Shown: piece after piece, positions 8,703-17,458 of the stretch
Position numbering within the stretch: position 1 is the stretch's first letter
Layout: each line of letters starts with the position of its first letter
Assembly (NCBI GenBank): GCA_023128825.1
Contig: JAGMDF010000082.1
Coordinates: 8,626-72,625, forward strand
Source of the DNA: a candidate division WOR-3 bacterium
GTDB taxonomy: Bacteria; Hydrothermota; Tepidihabitantia; B3-TA06
DNA length: 64,000 bases
Reading direction: 5' to 3'
Program-made: the position numbers and the translations under genes
Notes under the pieces: model-generated
What the model saw: only the letters and a program-made list of their open reading frames with translations
What the model was told of the DNA's origin: nothing
Databases searched by the model: none

Positions 8703-10280
8703 ATGTTTGTCTGGCTTCTACTTTTCAGTGCCCCGCTTGACTGCGGAGCTTTTGATGTAATGGCGTTTCGTTCCATAGAAGAGCGTCACGAGTACATAGA
8801 CTCCCTTGCCGGGGAGGATCTTTATGGGACGATAAGTCTGTTGAGTGAAGTCTTGAACTGCCCCTCGGAGCAGACGCGTATGTTTGCTGCCGAAGCTCTT
8901 GGGTATCTGAGTGACCCTGGAGCCACACCTGCCCTTAGTGCTGCGCTAAAGTCGCCCTCTACCGGGGTTCGCTACGAGGCCGCATGGTCATTGGGATTGT
9001 TGGGTGATACCTCAGCGGTGACGTCTTTGATTGAGGCGCTTTCTGATCGTGCGGCACCGGTGCGAACCAACGCCGCCTGGGCGCTGGGGGAGATCGCAGA
9101 CGCGCGGGCGATCGGCGCGTTACTGAAGGCCCTTGACGATACCGACCATCGCGTCCGCAAGAACGCAACCGAGGCCTTGGGTAAGCTCGAATCCAAGGAG
9201 GCGGTTCCTATTTTCCTTGAGCGCCTTTCTTCCCTTTCAGGTCCAGAACGCAACAGTACACTCGCCGCACTGACGAAGATCGCCGACCCCCGAGCCACCG
9301 AGGTTCTCGCCCAAGCCGCCACTAACCCCTCCGTTCCTGACCGCCACCTCATAGCACAGGCACTCGGTCGAATGGGCGACACCACCGCTGTAGAGACCTT
9401 GATAAAGCTCTTGGATGATCCCCGGTGGGCCGTTCGTGCGAAGGCGGCGTGGTCGTTGGGAATGCTTAAAGATAAACGCGCGGTAAAACCACTCCAGACA
9501 AAAGCTACAGACAAGAAATCCGAGGTAAGACAGGCGGTGTTCGAGGCGCTCGGACGCTTAGGCGAGATCTCGGCTGAGGACGTCCTGATCGAAGGTCTTG
9601 CGGATGAGAGCGACCTTTGCGTGATGGCCTCAGCACACGCCCTCGGGCTTCTGGGAAGCAGGAAGGCGCTAGAGCCTCTGATCGAGTTAATGTCCAACCC
9701 GGAACCACCGGTGAGGGAGCAGGTGGCCTTTGCCCTGGGCGCGATTGGAGATCCAGCCGCGGCTGCCTCACTGCGCGCGCGACTCAACGACGCCTCATGG
9801 GAGGTCCAACAGGCCTCCGTGACCGCTATCGGAAGGCTCAAGGACGCATCATCCCTCGAATCGCTGCGTCCGGTTTTGTTCCACAAGTTCTGGAGCATTC
9901 GCCTTGCAGGGGTACAGGCTCTGGGCGCAATCGGTGCTTCGGAAGGACTGCCCCTGCTCCAACAGCGCTTCAAGGACGAGCACCCGGACGTGCGGCGCTG
10001 GTCACATCTGGTGGCCTTGAAGCTGGGAGCCGATCCGGGGAAAGCCCTTACCGGTCTCAAAGAAGAAAACCCTTCCTCTGAGATGCTGGAGGCCGCAACC
10101 TACATGGCAGGAGAGGAGGAGTCGTTAGGACCATGGCAAGGAGAGCTGACAGAGGAACGCTTAAAGCTTCTTGAACTGGTTCATACCGATGAAGCCCGAG
10201 CATTACTTGAGTCGCTCTCCATCCCAGCGGACAACCCGGAGCTCGGCGAGCTGCGCTTGATTATCCTAAGGAGCTGGTAG
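8703..10280 (+). CDS. HEAT-repeat (PBS-lyase-type) protein
   Basis: Many tandem repeats of the type 'VRxxAAWALGxIGDxRAIxxLxxAL'; GTG at 8700 or ATG at 8703. Confidence 0.75.
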   Translation: MFVWLLLFSAPLDCGAFDVMAFRSIEERHEYIDSLAGEDLYGTISLLSEVLNCPSEQTRMFAAEALGYLSDPGATPALSAALKSPSTGVRYEAAWSLGLLGDTSAVTSLIEALSDRAAPVRTNAAWALGEIADARAIGALLKALDDTDHRVRKNATEALGKLESKEAVPIFLERLSSLSGPERNSTLAALTKIADPRATEVLAQAATNPSVPDRHLIAQALGRMGDTTAVETLIKLLDDPRWAVRAKAAWSLGMLKDKRAVKPLQTKATDKKSEVRQAVFEALGRLGEISAEDVLIEGLADESDLCVMASAHALGLLGSRKALEPLIELMSNPEPPVREQVAFALGAIGDPAAAASLRARLNDASWEVQQASVTAIGRLKDASSLESLRPVLFHKFWSIRLAGVQALGAIGASEGLPLLQQRFKDEHPDVRRWSHLVALKLGADPGKALTGLKEENPSSEMLEAATYMAGEEESLGPWQGELTEERLKLLELVHTDEARALLESLSIPADNPELGELRLIILRSW

Positions 10281-10478
10281 AAGGACACCAGGATAAGAGC
10301 CGCAGGGTTAACCGTCAATGCCGAAAGTAGGGGGGACAGCGATGATGACTCTCGCAGGTCGCCATCCTTATGGTGCAGCTCCCTTACGGTCGCTACCCTT
10401 CGGACGAACCGCCGATTAGCTTTTTTAAGGAAGACTCTGGATCAGCTAGGAACGCCAATCCACTCTTAAGTGTAAAAT

Positions 10479-10566
10479 GGGGTCCCCGCGAGAATGCGAA
10501 GCAGGCTTGCGGGGTAAAAAAACGGGGTCCCCGCAAGGAGGCGAAGCATCCTTGTGGGGTAAAAAA
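10479..10566 (+). repeat. tandem pair of family-2 structured repeats (GGGGTCCCCGC - hairpin with CGAAGCA loop - GYGGGGTAAAAAA)
   Basis: Units at 10479..10522 and 10524..10566 are about 80% identical; inner stems differ but stay complementary (AAGGA/TCCTT in unit 2); abuts the 3' end of tRNA-Gln. Confidence 0.7.
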
Positions 10567-10637
10567 CTGGGGGACAGGGACTCGAACCCCGATTAACTGA
10601 TCCAGAGTCAGCCGTCCTGCCATTAGACGATCCCCCA
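10567..10637 (-). tRNA. tRNA-Gln (anticodon CTG)
   Basis: rc reads TGGGGGA...anticodon stem GCTGA/TCAGT with loop CTCTGGA...T-arm CGGGG-TTCGAGT-CCCTG...TCCCCCA-G. Confidence 0.85.
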
Positions 10638-10650
10638 ATAGTCAAGATTG

Positions 10651-10678
10651 ATTATAAGGGCCAGGCTAATAATGTCAA
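10651..10678 (-). promoter_or_regulatory. promoter of tRNA-Gln (TTGACA-16-TATAAT on the minus strand)
   Basis: rc -35 at 10673-10678 and -10 at 10651-10656; -10 ends 13 nt upstream of the tRNA 5' end. Confidence 0.6.
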
Positions 10679-10684
10679 GCAGGC

Positions 10685-11956
10685 GTGGCTTTTCTTGATC
10701 TATACAATTCCCAGCGGTTGACTTCCGATCATCACACGATAGAATTCCGTGTGAAGCAAGGTCTAAGGCTTGGAATCTATCTTCATGATCGCTACCGCGG
10801 CGGCGGAAACTTTACTGTTTCCAACTCCGAATCGTTGAACTTCATCAAAAGGTTAAAACTCGCCGAGCAAATCTCCTTGGCCGTCTCGGTCACCCCCATT
10901 CAAGATATAGATCGTGGCAACTATCGAGTCGTTGCAGAAGAACTCGGTATAAACCTGCTGCCTTTGCCTGGCTGGCGTAGCCTTGCAGAGAGCTTAACTT
11001 CAATACCCTTTTCCTTGAGTCGAATTCTGAAGACTGCCCGTAACCTGCTGGCAAAAAGCGACATCCTTTGGTTACGTCTGCCTTCCGGGGTTGCTTTTTT
11101 CTTCTGGTGGCTTGCCAAAAAGCAAAACAAGCCGGTAATCATGCACGTATCGGGCAACGTATTAATCGTAGCCCGGTCACAGAAGTATAAAGGCCTGCGT
11201 CGTCTCACGGCTCGATTGGCTTCCTTTACGCTACACCTGTTGACTCGGTGGATGAGTCGTTATGGAATAACTTTGGTAAGCGGAGGAGAGCTGGAGAAGC
11301 TTTTCTCGACCCCATTACACCCTGTATACCAGCTTGACGATATATTACTTTCTGAAAAGAAGCTACTACCCCCCAAGAGAACCAAGGGAGAGGCAAAGGA
11401 TCTACTCTTCGTCGGGCGATTTGACCACGGCAAGGGCATAGAATTGCTGATTCAAGCTATCGAGGATTTGCGAGTTGATTTCCCAGGGATCAGGTTAAGG
11501 ATGGCGGGTGACGGTCCGCTACTTGAGCCTATGCAAAGATTCGTTGCGGAGCGCAACCTTGAAAAGAACGTAAGGATTCTAGGGTTCGTCCCCGCAACCG
11601 GGCCGCTCGAGCGGCTTTACAAGGAGGCGGATATATTTGTATTACCCTCCGACAAAGGTGAGGGTTTCCCAAGGGTTATTCTTGAGGCATGGGGGTCAGG
11701 ATTGCCTGTTCTGGCAACTCGCTTGGGCGGAATCCCTTACAAGATACACCACGACAAAAACGGCCTGCTTGTCACACCGGGCTCCCGCAAGGAATTATTC
11801 AACGCCCTGCACAGGCTTATTCAGGACGGCAACCTGCGCTATCGTTTGGCTAAAGGTGGATACGAGACGATACGTTCCTTGACCTTTGAACATCAGGCTC
11901 GGCGCATCAGAGAGCTGTTGCATCGGTATTACCCCCACCTTGGGGTCCATCCCTGA
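10685..11956 (+). CDS. glycosyltransferase family 4 (GT-B, group 1)
   Basis: 'EGFPRVILEAWGSGLPVLATRLGGIPYKIHHDKNGLLV' is the GT1/GT4 EX7E-type motif; GTG start, true start uncertain. Confidence 0.7.
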   Translation: MAFLDLYNSQRLTSDHHTIEFRVKQGLRLGIYLHDRYRGGGNFTVSNSESLNFIKRLKLAEQISLAVSVTPIQDIDRGNYRVVAEELGINLLPLPGWRSLAESLTSIPFSLSRILKTARNLLAKSDILWLRLPSGVAFFFWWLAKKQNKPVIMHVSGNVLIVARSQKYKGLRRLTARLASFTLHLLTRWMSRYGITLVSGGELEKLFSTPLHPVYQLDDILLSEKKLLPPKRTKGEAKDLLFVGRFDHGKGIELLIQAIEDLRVDFPGIRLRMAGDGPLLEPMQRFVAERNLEKNVRILGFVPATGPLERLYKEADIFVLPSDKGEGFPRVILEAWGSGLPVLATRLGGIPYKIHHDKNGLLVTPGSRKELFNALHRLIQDGNLRYRLAKGGYETIRSLTFEHQARRIRELLHRYYPHLGVHP

Positions 11957-12014
11957 TCTGAACCTTGTGATTGCTGTCCCATTGATGAGGGGAATCGCAG
12001 CAGGCCCTCATGTA

Positions 12015-12042
12015 TTGACAGTTGCACGGCAATCAATAGACT
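12015..12042 (+). promoter_or_regulatory. promoter TTGACA-16-TAGACT, putting the TSS at about the ATG of the 12048 gene (leaderless)
   Basis: -35 at 12015-12020, -10 at 12037-12042, ATG at 12048. Confidence 0.5.
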
Positions 12043-12047
12043 AGCGG

Positions 12048-12722
12048 ATGAGGAAAATCCCGTCATATCTTAAAGAAACCGACGCCTGGAGCACGGTTCT
12101 CTTTGCCGATCCCCTGGGCATCCCTCTGGCAAGGCTGCTTTCGCATACATCCATCCATCCCAATGTGGTCACGATAGCAAGCCTGGTGCCTGCCTTGGCT
12201 TGTACCTATTTCTTCTGGCGCGGCGATTCCCTCTCGCTTCTATGGGGAGCACTTTTGTTCCAGCTCGCGTGGATTCTCGATTGTACCGACGGCAAGCTTG
12301 CCAAGATGACGGGCAAACAGACGGAGTTTGGAACAAAGCTTGATCCTAAAGTCGACTTCGTGCGCAAACTTCTTACACTGGCAGCCCTGACGTGGGGTAT
12401 ATACCGTCAATTCGGAATCATATGGCTTTTTGTCACCCTGGGTGGCGTTATGTTCCACTACGGTATCCACTTTGTTATTCATCACACTCCGCCACGCATC
12501 AGACAGAAGGAGATACCTCAGGCTCCGGCTGAGGTGAGACTGATCCGCCGGGTAGGACAGCTCTACACAGCCTACGACGAGCAGTTCTTTATCCTTTTCC
12601 TGGGTCCGGCATTGGCCTGGCTTACGCCCCATCTGCCCACCTACGTGATATGGGGTGCAAGCCTCCTTTATGCAATAACCATCCTGATTATCAAGATTCA
12701 GATGAAGCAGAGGGGAAGATGA
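12048..12722 (+). CDS. CDP-alcohol phosphatidyltransferase family membrane protein
   Basis: 'DCTDGKLAKMTGKQTEFGTKLDPKVD' fits D(x)2DG(x)2A[RK](x)8G(x)3D(x)3D; multiple TM helices; 224 aa (the size of DIPPS-like enzymes). Confidence 0.75.
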   Translation: MRKIPSYLKETDAWSTVLFADPLGIPLARLLSHTSIHPNVVTIASLVPALACTYFFWRGDSLSLLWGALLFQLAWILDCTDGKLAKMTGKQTEFGTKLDPKVDFVRKLLTLAALTWGIYRQFGIIWLFVTLGGVMFHYGIHFVIHHTPPRIRQKEIPQAPAEVRLIRRVGQLYTAYDEQFFILFLGPALAWLTPHLPTYVIWGASLLYAITILIIKIQMKQRGR

Positions 12723-13444
12723 AGGCCATCATCCTGGCCGCAGGCGAAGGTCGCAGGCTTCATCCCCTTACCATCGACCGTCCCAAGGCAATACTCGAGG
12801 TTGGTGGAAGGATGTTGATCGAAAGAGCGCTGTCTGCATTGCGGGGCGCGGGGATTGAAAGATCAGAGGTGATCATCCTGTCCGGACACAAGGTCGAGAA
12901 GTTGAAAGAGGCAGCGCCGGATTGCCGGTTCATTCACAACGAAATCTATGATACAACCAACAACATCTACTCCCTGTGGCTGGCCAGGGGTGAGCTTGTC
13001 GGTCAAGAGTTTTTCCTGCTCAACAGCGACGTCCTTTTTGCTTCGCAGATGGTCAAGGACATACTCCAGGATGCCAGAAGTAGCCTGATGATGGTGGATG
13101 ACGTAAATCCTCTGGTTAAGGAAGAGATGAGGGTGATGGTGAACGGGGAGCAAAGAATCACCGCTATCGCTAAGATCCTTGATCGGGAGCAAAGCGCGGG
13201 CGAATACATCGGACTTGCAAGATTCGGAAAAGACTTCTCTAAAGCGTTCTTTGATAAGATGGACGAGATGATTAAAGCAGGTGAAACCGGTGTGTGGTAC
13301 GAGAACGCCATCGCCGAGATCCTTGGTGAATACCCGATTTATTCCCTCAGTACACGGGGACTGCCCTGGATAGAGGTAGACACCCACGAGGATCTGGCAA
13401 AGGCTCAGGTTATTGCAAAAAAAATTGACAACCTGGAGGCCTAG
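12719..13444 (+). CDS. sugar/alcohol-phosphate nucleotidyltransferase (LicC / IPCT-like cytidylyltransferase)
   Basis: 'MKAIILAAGEGRRLHPLTIDRPKAILEVGG' NTP_transferase N-terminus; ATG 12719 overlaps the upstream stop (ATGA). Confidence 0.7.
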   Translation: MKAIILAAGEGRRLHPLTIDRPKAILEVGGRMLIERALSALRGAGIERSEVIILSGHKVEKLKEAAPDCRFIHNEIYDTTNNIYSLWLARGELVGQEFFLLNSDVLFASQMVKDILQDARSSLMMVDDVNPLVKEEMRVMVNGEQRITAIAKILDREQSAGEYIGLARFGKDFSKAFFDKMDEMIKAGETGVWYENAIAEILGEYPIYSLSTRGLPWIEVDTHEDLAKAQVIAKKIDNLEA

Positions 13445-14482
13445 ATGCCCATATTCGGAAGCAGCGTATCACTGCCCATACTGGTGAGGATCGAGGGTAA
13501 CCTGCTGGATAGGGTGAACGAACTCCTTCGCGAGTCCAACCTGCTCTTCACCAAGCCTTTGATAGTTACCATGAAAGAAATTCGATCTATGGCGGATGAG
13601 GTGTCGGCTGGATTCAAAGAACCGCACATCCACGAGATCACCGACAACTCCTACCCTCAGGTGGAGGAGATAGAGGAGGTCATTGATGAGGTCAGACCTG
13701 ACGTGCTCTTAGGTGTAGGAGGCGGCCGGGTGATAGACGTAGCCAAGTTCGCCGGCTCGCGGCGGATTCTTCCTGTGGTCAGCATCCCTACCTCGCTCTC
13801 CAACGATGGCATCTCATCGCCGGTAGCGGTGATTCGTTTCCGCAAAGGCACCCGCAGCGTGGGGGTAAACATGCCTACCGCGGTGCTCGTGGACCTGGGG
13901 GCGATTACCTCCGCGCCCCTCAAAAATCTCAAGGCAGGGGTGGGGGATCTTGTGTCCAACATCTCCGCAACCAACGACTGGCTGATCGCTTATCGCAAGA
14001 CCCACGAACACTACGATACGGTGGCCGCGCTCCTGGCTCGCAAATCAGCGTTCGAGATGCTTGATGCCAGGCGGATCAATCTTACAGACACCTCGTTTTT
14101 AAAGATCCTGGCCGAGGGGCTTATGCTCTCCGGCATCGCCATGGGTATTGCTGGAACCAGCAGGCCCTGCAGTGGTTCGGAGCATCTTTTGAGCCATGCC
14201 TATGACGAGCTTTATCCGGATAAAGTAACGTTGCACGGCGAGCAGGTGGCGATGTTTGCGGTATTTACATCCTATCTTCAGGACGAGCCCTCCGCCTCGG
14301 CCCAAGCCGAGTTCCTTAAGCGAAACGAGTTGATTGCCACCCCCAAGGATATCGGATTAGGGTTCGAGGATTTCAAGAGGATTGTCAAACACGCCCCTTC
14401 CACCCGCCCAGGACGCTACACTATCCTGGAAGAGGTTGACGAGGTGGATAGCGAGAAGGCCTTTCGCAAGGCTTACGGATAA
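13445..14482 (+). CDS. Fe-ADH/DHQS-superfamily dehydrogenase, best match sn-glycerol-1-phosphate dehydrogenase (EgsA/AraM-like)
   Basis: 'LLGVGGGRVIDVAKFAG' glycine-rich NAD(P) loop and 'CSGSEHLLSHA' metal-binding His motif; 345 aa; start abuts the upstream stop. Confidence 0.5.
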   Translation: MPIFGSSVSLPILVRIEGNLLDRVNELLRESNLLFTKPLIVTMKEIRSMADEVSAGFKEPHIHEITDNSYPQVEEIEEVIDEVRPDVLLGVGGGRVIDVAKFAGSRRILPVVSIPTSLSNDGISSPVAVIRFRKGTRSVGVNMPTAVLVDLGAITSAPLKNLKAGVGDLVSNISATNDWLIAYRKTHEHYDTVAALLARKSAFEMLDARRINLTDTSFLKILAEGLMLSGIAMGIAGTSRPCSGSEHLLSHAYDELYPDKVTLHGEQVAMFAVFTSYLQDEPSASAQAEFLKRNELIATPKDIGLGFEDFKRIVKHAPSTRPGRYTILEEVDEVDSEKAFRKAYG

Positions 14483-14645
14483 TCTTCTTTTCGCAACCCC
14501 TGGGGTAAAGGCTCTAATAAGTTACGTACAATGAGGAACTTATTAACAACATGCGGCAGGGTCCCGTTCTTTGATCTGTTATTCTGCAATCTTTTGTCCC
14601 CTGGACAAAAAGGAGCATTCGATTTTTTTGGGGGCTTCGGGGGGG

Positions 14646-14673
14646 TTGACATCAAGATTTTGCGTCCTAATAT
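14646..14673 (+). promoter_or_regulatory. promoter TTGACA-16-TAATAT of the FBP aldolase/phosphatase gene
   Basis: -35 at 14646-14651, -10 at 14668-14673. Confidence 0.55.
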
Positions 14674-14725
14674 TCATAGAAATAGTCAAAATCTATCGTT
14701 CTCTTTGAATGATTAAGGAGGATTC

Positions 14726-15814
14726 ATGAGTAAGATAACGCTTTCCGTCATCAAGGCCGACGTCGGCGGTTACGTGGGACACTCGGCCTCGCATCCTGAG
14801 GTGATGGCCAAGGCAGAGGTGATGCTTGACGCAGCCAAGAGGGAGGGAAAGCTCATAGACTTCGAGGTCCTCGCCTGCGGTGACGATCTTGAATTGATCA
14901 TGACCCACACCCACGGCACCGACGCCGAGGTTATTCACAAGCTGGCCTGGGATACCTTTGTTGAAGGCACAGAGGTTGCCAAGAAATTAAAGCTGTACGG
15001 AGCCGGTCAGGATCTTTTAGCCGATGCCTTCTCGGGCAACGTGAAGGGCATGGGTCCGGGTTGTGCGGAGATGGAGTTCGAAGAGCGCAAGAGCGAACCG
15101 GTAATAATCTTCATGGCCGACAAGACCTCGCCCGGCGCGTGGAACTACCCGCTGTACAAGATATTCGCCGATCCGTTCAACACCGCCGGCCTGGTTATCG
15201 ATTCTTCAATGCATGAGGGCTTCACCTTCTTGATCAACGACCCGATGAAGAACAAACGGGTCAAGCTCAATACACCTGAAGAGATGTATGATCTGCTGGC
15301 GCTGATCGGCAGCCACGAGCAGTACGTGGTGGATACGGTGTACCGCAAGGACGGCCTCGTCGCGGCCAAGGCGTCCACACAGAAGCTGGCGCTGATTGCG
15401 GGCAAGTACGTGGGCAAGGACGACCCGGTGATGATCGTTCGCGCCCAGGCGGGCCTGCCAGCTGTGGGCGAGGTGCTGGAGCCGTTCAGCTTCCCCCACG
15501 TGGTCTCAGGCTGGATGCGCGGCTCTCACAACGGGCCCCTGATGCCGGTAAGCTTCAAACAGGCCACTCCGACCCGGTTTGACGGCCCTCCGCGCGTAAT
15601 CGCTGCCGGATTCCAGCTGGCAGACGGAAAACTGATCGGTCCGAGGGACATGTTCGACGATCCGTCGTATGACAGATCGCGAGCCATAGCTAATGAGGTA
15701 GCCGACTACCTGCGCCGCCACGGACCGTTCGAGCCGGGCAGGCTGCCCCACGGTGATATGGAGTACACCACCCTCCCGCAGGTGCTTGAGAAACTTGAAG
15801 ACAGGTTCTCCTAG
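14726..15814 (+). CDS. fbp: bifunctional fructose-1,6-bisphosphate aldolase/phosphatase (archaeal-type class V FBPase)
   Basis: Near-collinear conservation with characterised FBPA/P: 'SVIKADVGG...HS', 'GDDLELIMTHTHG', 'AGQDLLADAFSGNVKGMGPGCAEMEFEER', 'IFMADKTSPGAWNYPLYKIFADPFNTAGLVID', 'LIAGKYVGKDDPVMIVR', 'GWMRGSHNGPLMPVS', 'TRFDGPPR', 'MEYTTLPQVLEKLEDRF'. Confidence 0.9.
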   Translation: MSKITLSVIKADVGGYVGHSASHPEVMAKAEVMLDAAKREGKLIDFEVLACGDDLELIMTHTHGTDAEVIHKLAWDTFVEGTEVAKKLKLYGAGQDLLADAFSGNVKGMGPGCAEMEFEERKSEPVIIFMADKTSPGAWNYPLYKIFADPFNTAGLVIDSSMHEGFTFLINDPMKNKRVKLNTPEEMYDLLALIGSHEQYVVDTVYRKDGLVAAKASTQKLALIAGKYVGKDDPVMIVRAQAGLPAVGEVLEPFSFPHVVSGWMRGSHNGPLMPVSFKQATPTRFDGPPRVIAAGFQLADGKLIGPRDMFDDPSYDRSRAIANEVADYLRRHGPFEPGRLPHGDMEYTTLPQVLEKLEDRFS

Positions 15815-16674
15815 TGTTCTTGCGCAAGAATCTGCGCCCCGCCCGCGAAGCGCGCAAGAAGCTCGACCTTAAAGACGGATTGTGGCTTAAATGCGAAAGC
15901 TGCGGCGAGATCCTCTACCGCCGCGAGCTCGATCAATCATGCTGGATCTGCCCCAAGTGCGGTTTCCACTTCCGTGTAGGTCACAAAACCTACATCAAGC
16001 TGCTTCTGGATGAGGGCAAACTGGAAGAGATAGACAGGGGACTCGTGTCTGTTGATCCTTTGCGTTTTCCCAAGTACAAGGAGAAGTACAAAACCTCACG
16101 CAAGAAGACCGGAATGGAAGAGGGGATAGTCTCGGGCAGAGCCGAGATCAATGGTATGCCGGTTATTTTTGCGGCTACGGACTTCGCGTTCATGGGCGGA
16201 AGCATGGGTTCTGTGGTGGGCGAGAAGGTGGCTCGTGCGGCTCGATTGGCTCTGGCCGAACGCAAACCGTTCGTGATGCTTACCGCCTCAGGCGGAGGGG
16301 CACGAATGCAGGAAGGAATCTTCTCCCTCATGCAGATGGCCAAGACCTCAGCCGAGGTTGGCCTGCTCAAACAGGCTCAGATTCCATACATCAACATCCT
16401 GACTCACCCGACGATGGCCGGGGTAATGGCCTCCTTCGCCTCCCTGGGCGACGTGATCATCGCCGAGCCTGGAGCGCTTCTGGGATTTACCGGCCCACGG
16501 GTCATAGAGCAGACCATAGGCGAGAAGCTTCCGCCCGGATTCCAGCGCTCCGAGTTCCTCCTGGAGCACGGCTTCGTGGATATCGTGTGCTCCCGCCGCG
16601 AGCTCAGGGAGACCGTGGCCAGGATACTGAGCATCCTTACCGAACCTCATAAGGAGCCGTCATCTCAGACATAG
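15814..16674 (+). CDS. accD: acetyl-CoA carboxylase carboxyltransferase beta subunit
   Basis: N-terminal zinc ribbon 'CESCGEILYRRELDQSCWICPKCGFHFR' plus carboxyltransferase domain 'GGSMGSVVGEKV...ASGGARMQEG'. Confidence 0.9.
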   Translation: MFLRKNLRPAREARKKLDLKDGLWLKCESCGEILYRRELDQSCWICPKCGFHFRVGHKTYIKLLLDEGKLEEIDRGLVSVDPLRFPKYKEKYKTSRKKTGMEEGIVSGRAEINGMPVIFAATDFAFMGGSMGSVVGEKVARAARLALAERKPFVMLTASGGGARMQEGIFSLMQMAKTSAEVGLLKQAQIPYINILTHPTMAGVMASFASLGDVIIAEPGALLGFTGPRVIEQTIGEKLPPGFQRSEFLLEHGFVDIVCSRRELRETVARILSILTEPHKEPSSQT

Positions 16675-16758
16675 CCTATACAAAAGAAATCATTAAAGGC
16701 GACCCAAAAGGGTTACCCTTTTGCTCGCCTCGCACCGATCTACCTAAGCAGAGGTAAT

Positions 16759-17400
16759 ATGAAGAGCAAAGCTTTGATTGCGACCCTTTTGGCGGGACTC
16801 ATTATTGCGTCCCCCCTTTTCGGTCTTTCACTCAAGTTCGCCCCGGGCTGGGGTGCAGTATGGGCAATCGGTGATGAGATCGAGGAATCGGACATCGGAT
16901 ACAACTTCTCCGGTGCCGTCGAGATCGAGGTCTGGAAAGGATTCGACTACGGCTTTAAATACTACTACTCGGATGTCTCCGCCACGGTTCCCAACACCTT
17001 CAATACCGACACCACCATCACCTCCTATGACGCGGAGTTCGTCCATCACGCGTTTGCGCTCACCAACACCTGGTCTCCAGGCTGGAAATGGGTTGACCCT
17101 TACGTGCGCGGCGCGGTAGGACTATACTCATGGCAGCAGTTGGACGAGGACGGTAATATCTTTGAGGTTATAAATCCTCAGGACACTGCTAAGACAGTAG
17201 AGCTCGCGGCCACCTCTTTCGGAATAAGCGTTGGCGGCGGTATCAAGATATGGCCCATCAAGTACGTGGGGTTCCGGCTCGGAGCAGATTACGACTTTAT
17301 ATTCTCCGAGAACCGGGAACGCTTCGGCTCACAGGACGCAAATGAGAATCTGTTACGGATTGGCGTAGAGGCGATTTTCCGATTGCCAATAAAGGAGTAA
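16759..17400 (+). CDS. outer-membrane beta-barrel protein (OmpW/Omp-beta-barrel-like)
   Basis: Signal peptide, alternating amphipathic strands, C-terminal aromatic-rich end. Confidence 0.5.
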   Translation: MKSKALIATLLAGLIIASPLFGLSLKFAPGWGAVWAIGDEIEESDIGYNFSGAVEIEVWKGFDYGFKYYYSDVSATVPNTFNTDTTITSYDAEFVHHAFALTNTWSPGWKWVDPYVRGAVGLYSWQQLDEDGNIFEVINPQDTAKTVELAATSFGISVGGGIKIWPIKYVGFRLGADYDFIFSENRERFGSQDANENLLRIGVEAIFRLPIKE

Positions 17401-17458
17401 TGTTCTATCGGGGTTCCCGCTCAGCAGAATGTAAAGGTGAGAAACACAATACGCTCCC

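Noticed and set aside
8972-10060. 362-aa ORF antisense to the HEAT-repeat gene
   Set aside because: Ala/Arg/Ser-rich low-complexity translation typical of the antisense frame of a GC-rich gene, with no SD. The sense-strand HEAT protein has clear repeats.
10440-10566. CRISPR array
   Set aside because: Only two to three repeat units are present, and they are not separated by unique spacers of constant length. The copies at other loci are singletons. No cas genes are in the window.
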